From positions 656,342 to 720,341 of the forward strand of contig JAWLHY010000002.1 of assembly GCA_041690135.1 (NCBI GenBank): a DNA stretch of 64,000 bases, written 5' to 3'. The notes under the pieces were generated by a model. The model was not told the DNA's origin. It searched no databases and saw nothing but the letters and a program-made list of their open reading frames with translations. Of this stretch, positions 60,890 to 64,000 are shown piece by piece. The position numbers and the translations under genes are program-made. Positions within the stretch are counted from its first letter, which is position 1, and each line of letters opens with the position of its first letter. This stretch comes from Armatimonadota bacterium. GTDB lineage: Bacteria; Armatimonadota; SYMT01.

Positions 60890-63117
60890 TTAGCCTCCTG
60901 CTTCGCTTCCACTGGCGGGCCGCCGAACCGGCGCGCGGCCGGCGCCAGCGGGCTCTCCGGATACTCCCGCTGGAGGTGCCGGTAGAACTGGATCGCCTTC
61001 CCCGTGTGGTTTTCCTTCCGCCGGTGACCCCAGTAGGTGTCCAGGGTGGCGAGGAAGGTGTGGCACAGCGCGGCTGAATAGAGGGACTGGGGAGCCTGCG
61101 GAGTCTTTGGGTAGTTCCGGACGATCCGCTCGAACCGCCACAGGGCCTGGAAAAGCGCGGCGTGTTCCTCGTGATACCGGCGGAGCTTTCGCTGCTCGGA
61201 AGCGGGAAGCTCCTTGCCTGGCTGCTCGACGTTGTGCGGACCCCCCTGGATATCGAAGGCGAGGGACCGCTCGCCCTTCCAGAGAATGCTGTTGTAGAAA
61301 AGGAGATGGCGGCCGTGGAAGACGTAGCGCGCCGCCTCGTAGGCCCAGTGCGCCCGTACCGCGTCCGTCTTCGCCGTCGCCTCTTTGCGGGCGCACTGTC
61401 CGAGATATCGCGCTGTCTCCAGGGGCGGGGGAACGGCCTTTCCCCGGCTGGAGGTGCGGGGGTAGGCCTGCTCGGCCGTTGCCAACCAGGCGCCCAGGGA
61501 AGCAAGCACCTTCTCCGCCTCGCTGTAATTCCCTGTTCGCAACAGCCGGAGACCCAGGGAGTAGCGGATAAGCCGGGTGCGCGGGTGGCGGGGGTAACGC
61601 CGGAGGAAGGTGCGAAGGTCTTCCGGAGTAGCGAGACAATCGACCAGGTAGCCGTAGTCCGGCCGGTACTCCAGGTCCAGGTAATGGCGGATAGCGTTAG
61701 GGTAGTCCTGCAGACGCTCGCTCAGGACGGCCGCTGCCTCGCGGGCGCCCCGGCGCATCTTGGGAAGGGCGGCCTCGCGTGTGAGGCGTTCATACTGCTC
61801 CAGGGCCTCCCGGTCGCGCTTCAGGTGGCTGAGCGCCAGGGCCAGTTGCCAGCGGGCCTGGTCTCGGGCTCCTCCCGCTGAACTGCGTTCCACCGCGCGG
61901 GTTGCCAGGCGGTGCGCGTTGGCGTGGCGGCCGGCCCGGTCTTCGATGACCGATAGGTGGTTAAGGAGTCGCGCCGAGAGGCCGGCTTGAGGTTCGCGGT
62001 CCAGCAACTGGAGCGCGTACTGCCCGAACCGGTGGAGACCTCGCGTCCCGGCACGACCGTAGTACAGGTTCAGGTCGAGGTAGATCGCCGCCGCTTCGGG
62101 CTCGCGCAGCGCCAGCTTCTGGAAGGCTTCATGGTCGGCCAGTGTCATCCGGCGGAGACACCAGCGGGCGGACGTCCAGGCCGGGAGGCGTTCCTCTCCC
62201 GCTGAGAGCGCGGCGATCTGGCGGCAATACCGCAGGAGGGCCTGGGGGTAGTCCCCCAGCCGGAAATAACAGGCTCCCGCCATCCCGGCGGCATCGAGAC
62301 CCAGGTGGCCTTTCGGCTGCAGGCGGCTGCAAGTATCGTACGCCTCCGCCGCCCGGCGCAGCAGGGGGCGCTGGGTGGGGAGTGCGGGCGCGGGGAGATC
62401 CCCCTCCTCGGCGGTCGCGAGTACCTGGCGGTACGGAATCCGCCCCAGCATATAGTGGGCTGTCGGGTGATCGGGACGACGCTGGACCAGCTTCTGGTAG
62501 GTCCGTTCCGCGGCTTCGAGTTGTCCCGCGTGGAAGAGCAGTGCGGCGCGTAGGTACTCCGCTTGCGTGCGGAAGGGCTCCGCCTTGAGCCGGGTGAGGA
62601 TCCTCGCGGCTTCGGCGTACTGGCCCGCATCCGCGTGGTCACGCGCCTGGAGGTAGGTCCGCAGTCCGAGCGTGTGTTCCGGCCCATCCCACGCGTGGAG
62701 CGCGGCGATCCGATCCGGTAGGGATGGTTTTGCCTCCTGGGGAGAGGGTGGGCTGTCGTAACTGCCGGAGGCGGAATGGGCGGCCTGCCGGTGCCGTTCC
62801 TGCCATTGGGTCCAGATTCGCGCCGCCCGTGAGAACTCCCCCTGCCGTTCCGCCGCTCTCGCGGTTCGTTCCAGCTGGCGGAGCTTTTCGTCGGGATCCG
62901 TCCAGTTCGTCGGTCCCAGGGCACGTTTCTCGGACGGACTGCCGATCCAGGGCTGGGGCATCCGCAGGAAGTCCGGGCGCGCCGCGTGGAAGTGCACCGA
63001 GCGATACTCCAGTTCGAAACAGGCCGTCAGGGGCGCGGCCACCCCTCCGGCGATGAGGGCCCCATAAAGGAGCCGCCGTATGCTCCTGGAGATAGGACGA
63101 TTGGCTGGTTCAGTCAC
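60886..63117 (-). CDS. Exported TPR-rich protein
   Basis: Signal or lipoprotein-like N-terminus (PLTAC); BamD/YfiO-like TPRs (YPKTPQA, YPESPLA). Confidence 0.8.
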   Translation of the reverse strand: MTEPANRPISRSIRRLLYGALIAGGVAAPLTACFELEYRSVHFHAARPDFLRMPQPWIGSPSEKRALGPTNWTDPDEKLRQLERTARAAERQGEFSRAARIWTQWQERHRQAAHSASGSYDSPPSPQEAKPSLPDRIAALHAWDGPEHTLGLRTYLQARDHADAGQYAEAARILTRLKAEPFRTQAEYLRAALLFHAGQLEAAERTYQKLVQRRPDHPTAHYMLGRIPYRQVLATAEEGDLPAPALPTQRPLLRRAAEAYDTCSRLQPKGHLGLDAAGMAGACYFRLGDYPQALLRYCRQIAALSAGEERLPAWTSARWCLRRMTLADHEAFQKLALREPEAAAIYLDLNLYYGRAGTRGLHRFGQYALQLLDREPQAGLSARLLNHLSVIEDRAGRHANAHRLATRAVERSSAGGARDQARWQLALALSHLKRDREALEQYERLTREAALPKMRRGAREAAAVLSERLQDYPNAIRHYLDLEYRPDYGYLVDCLATPEDLRTFLRRYPRHPRTRLIRYSLGLRLLRTGNYSEAEKVLASLGAWLATAEQAYPRTSSRGKAVPPPLETARYLGQCARKEATAKTDAVRAHWAYEAARYVFHGRHLLFYNSILWKGERSLAFDIQGGPHNVEQPGKELPASEQRKLRRYHEEHAALFQALWRFERIVRNYPKTPQAPQSLYSAALCHTFLATLDTYWGHRRKENHTGKAIQFYRHLQREYPESPLAPAARRFGGPPVEAKQEAK

Positions 63118-64000
63118 CGGCCGGTCCCTCCGAATGCGCTGCGCGGGTAACCGGCGCCAGGCGCACCACGGTGAGTTGGGGCCCGGCGGGGCTGGTCCAG
63201 CTCAAACGGGCGGTCACCGGACTCCGGGGGCGAAGGATACTGCACGGCTCCCAATCCACCCCCGGCCGCACCAAAGGAACGTCGAAACGCACCCGGTCGG
63301 CTCGCAAGGGTGATGCAGGAGCTTCTCCCAGGTACCAGGTCGCCGGAGCGGTGGCCTCGACTTCGCCATCGCCGGGGGCGACTTCGAGCCGGATCGAGGG
63401 CCCCAGCCGGGGCGGGTCCGGGTGCGGGTTGTGGACGCGCACCCGGACCCGCTCGCCCTCTCGGCTCAGGCGGATCTGCAGTGCCGCTGGTTCGGAGGCG
63501 CGGAAGGCCCTCGTTGCCGCCTTGAGCGCGACGGGCGCGAGGCCGAGGGGTTCCTCCGGGGCGGGCCAGCGGAAGAGGCAGACGCCTTCTACGCCGGGAA
63601 TGCGGGCGGAAGCGAGGCTCCGCACGGCGGCCCGCAGCCCCTCGATGCGGGGCCATTGAAACCAGAGCGACGTGCCGGGCGGGAACTCCAGGGAGCCGGA
63701 CCAGGCGCTCTCGCGGTTCCAAAGCAGCAGACTGTCTTCCACGGCAAAGCCCGGCTGTCTTTCCTGCGGAACCGCATCTCGGGTCGCCGCCTGGCGTACT
63801 TCCCAGGCCGGGTCCGCCAGCAGGCTCTCGGGCTGGAGGTCGTGGCGCTCACCGGCGAATCCCCCGCGGTCGTCCATCACCAGGCAGCGGCCGTACGCGG
63901 GGAGACCGGCCCAGACCCGTGCCCGACCCGCAACGCTGCGGCGAACTTGCGCCAGAAGATCCTCCGCTTCCCAGAGCGCGGGGGGCTCGCGACCGTCTCG
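63110..64000 (-). CDS. DUF3142-like protein, 5' end outside window
   Basis: Frame is open to the window edge (RDGREPP...WAGLPAYGRCL); GVCLFRWP; overlaps the TPR gene. Confidence 0.55.
   Translation of the reverse strand, partial: RDGREPPALWEAEDLLAQVRRSVAGRARVWAGLPAYGRCLVMDDRGGFAGERHDLQPESLLADPAWEVRQAATRDAVPQERQPGFAVEDSLLLWNRESAWSGSLEFPPGTSLWFQWPRIEGLRAAVRSLASARIPGVEGVCLFRWPAPEEPLGLAPVALKAATRAFRASEPAALQIRLSREGERVRVRVHNPHPDPPRLGPSIRLEVAPGDGEVEATAPATWYLGEAPASPLRADRVRFDVPLVRPGVDWEPCSILRPRSPVTARLSWTSPAGPQLTVVRLAPVTRAAHSEGPAGD

Overview
High-GC bacterial window. The lineage is probably Armatimonadota or a related Terrabacteria group; this is an inference from protein style and not a database result. 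About 30 kb (4.0-34.3 kb) is the str/S10/spc/alpha/L13-S9 ribosomal superoperon, and it has been remodelled in several ways. A ~5 kb accessory insert separates fusA from tuf. tuf has its own promoter and a ~545-nt densely structured leader. L22 carries an N-terminal degenerate copy of the S3 KH domain. A second EF-G (EF-G II type) sits between rplE and rpsN, infA is missing, and L17 has a ~40-aa insertion. Left of the operon is a truncated cluster of an AurF-type diiron oxygenase, a B12 radical SAM enzyme and a membrane protein. To the right are an NlpC/P60 protein, argC/argJ/argB, a PL10-like lyase, a ThDP enzyme, DUF1501 and a giant TPR protein. These are followed by a candidate defence/conflict locus (divergent DprA fused to a dead methyltransferase-like domain, a stand-alone R-M target-recognition-domain fusion and a C39-like protease), a Rieske/cytochrome b-c complex with an AEWY Qo motif, MlrC, and a DUF3142-like/TPR module. 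No rRNA, tRNA, CRISPR array or transposase was seen. All family assignments come from motif recognition by eye.
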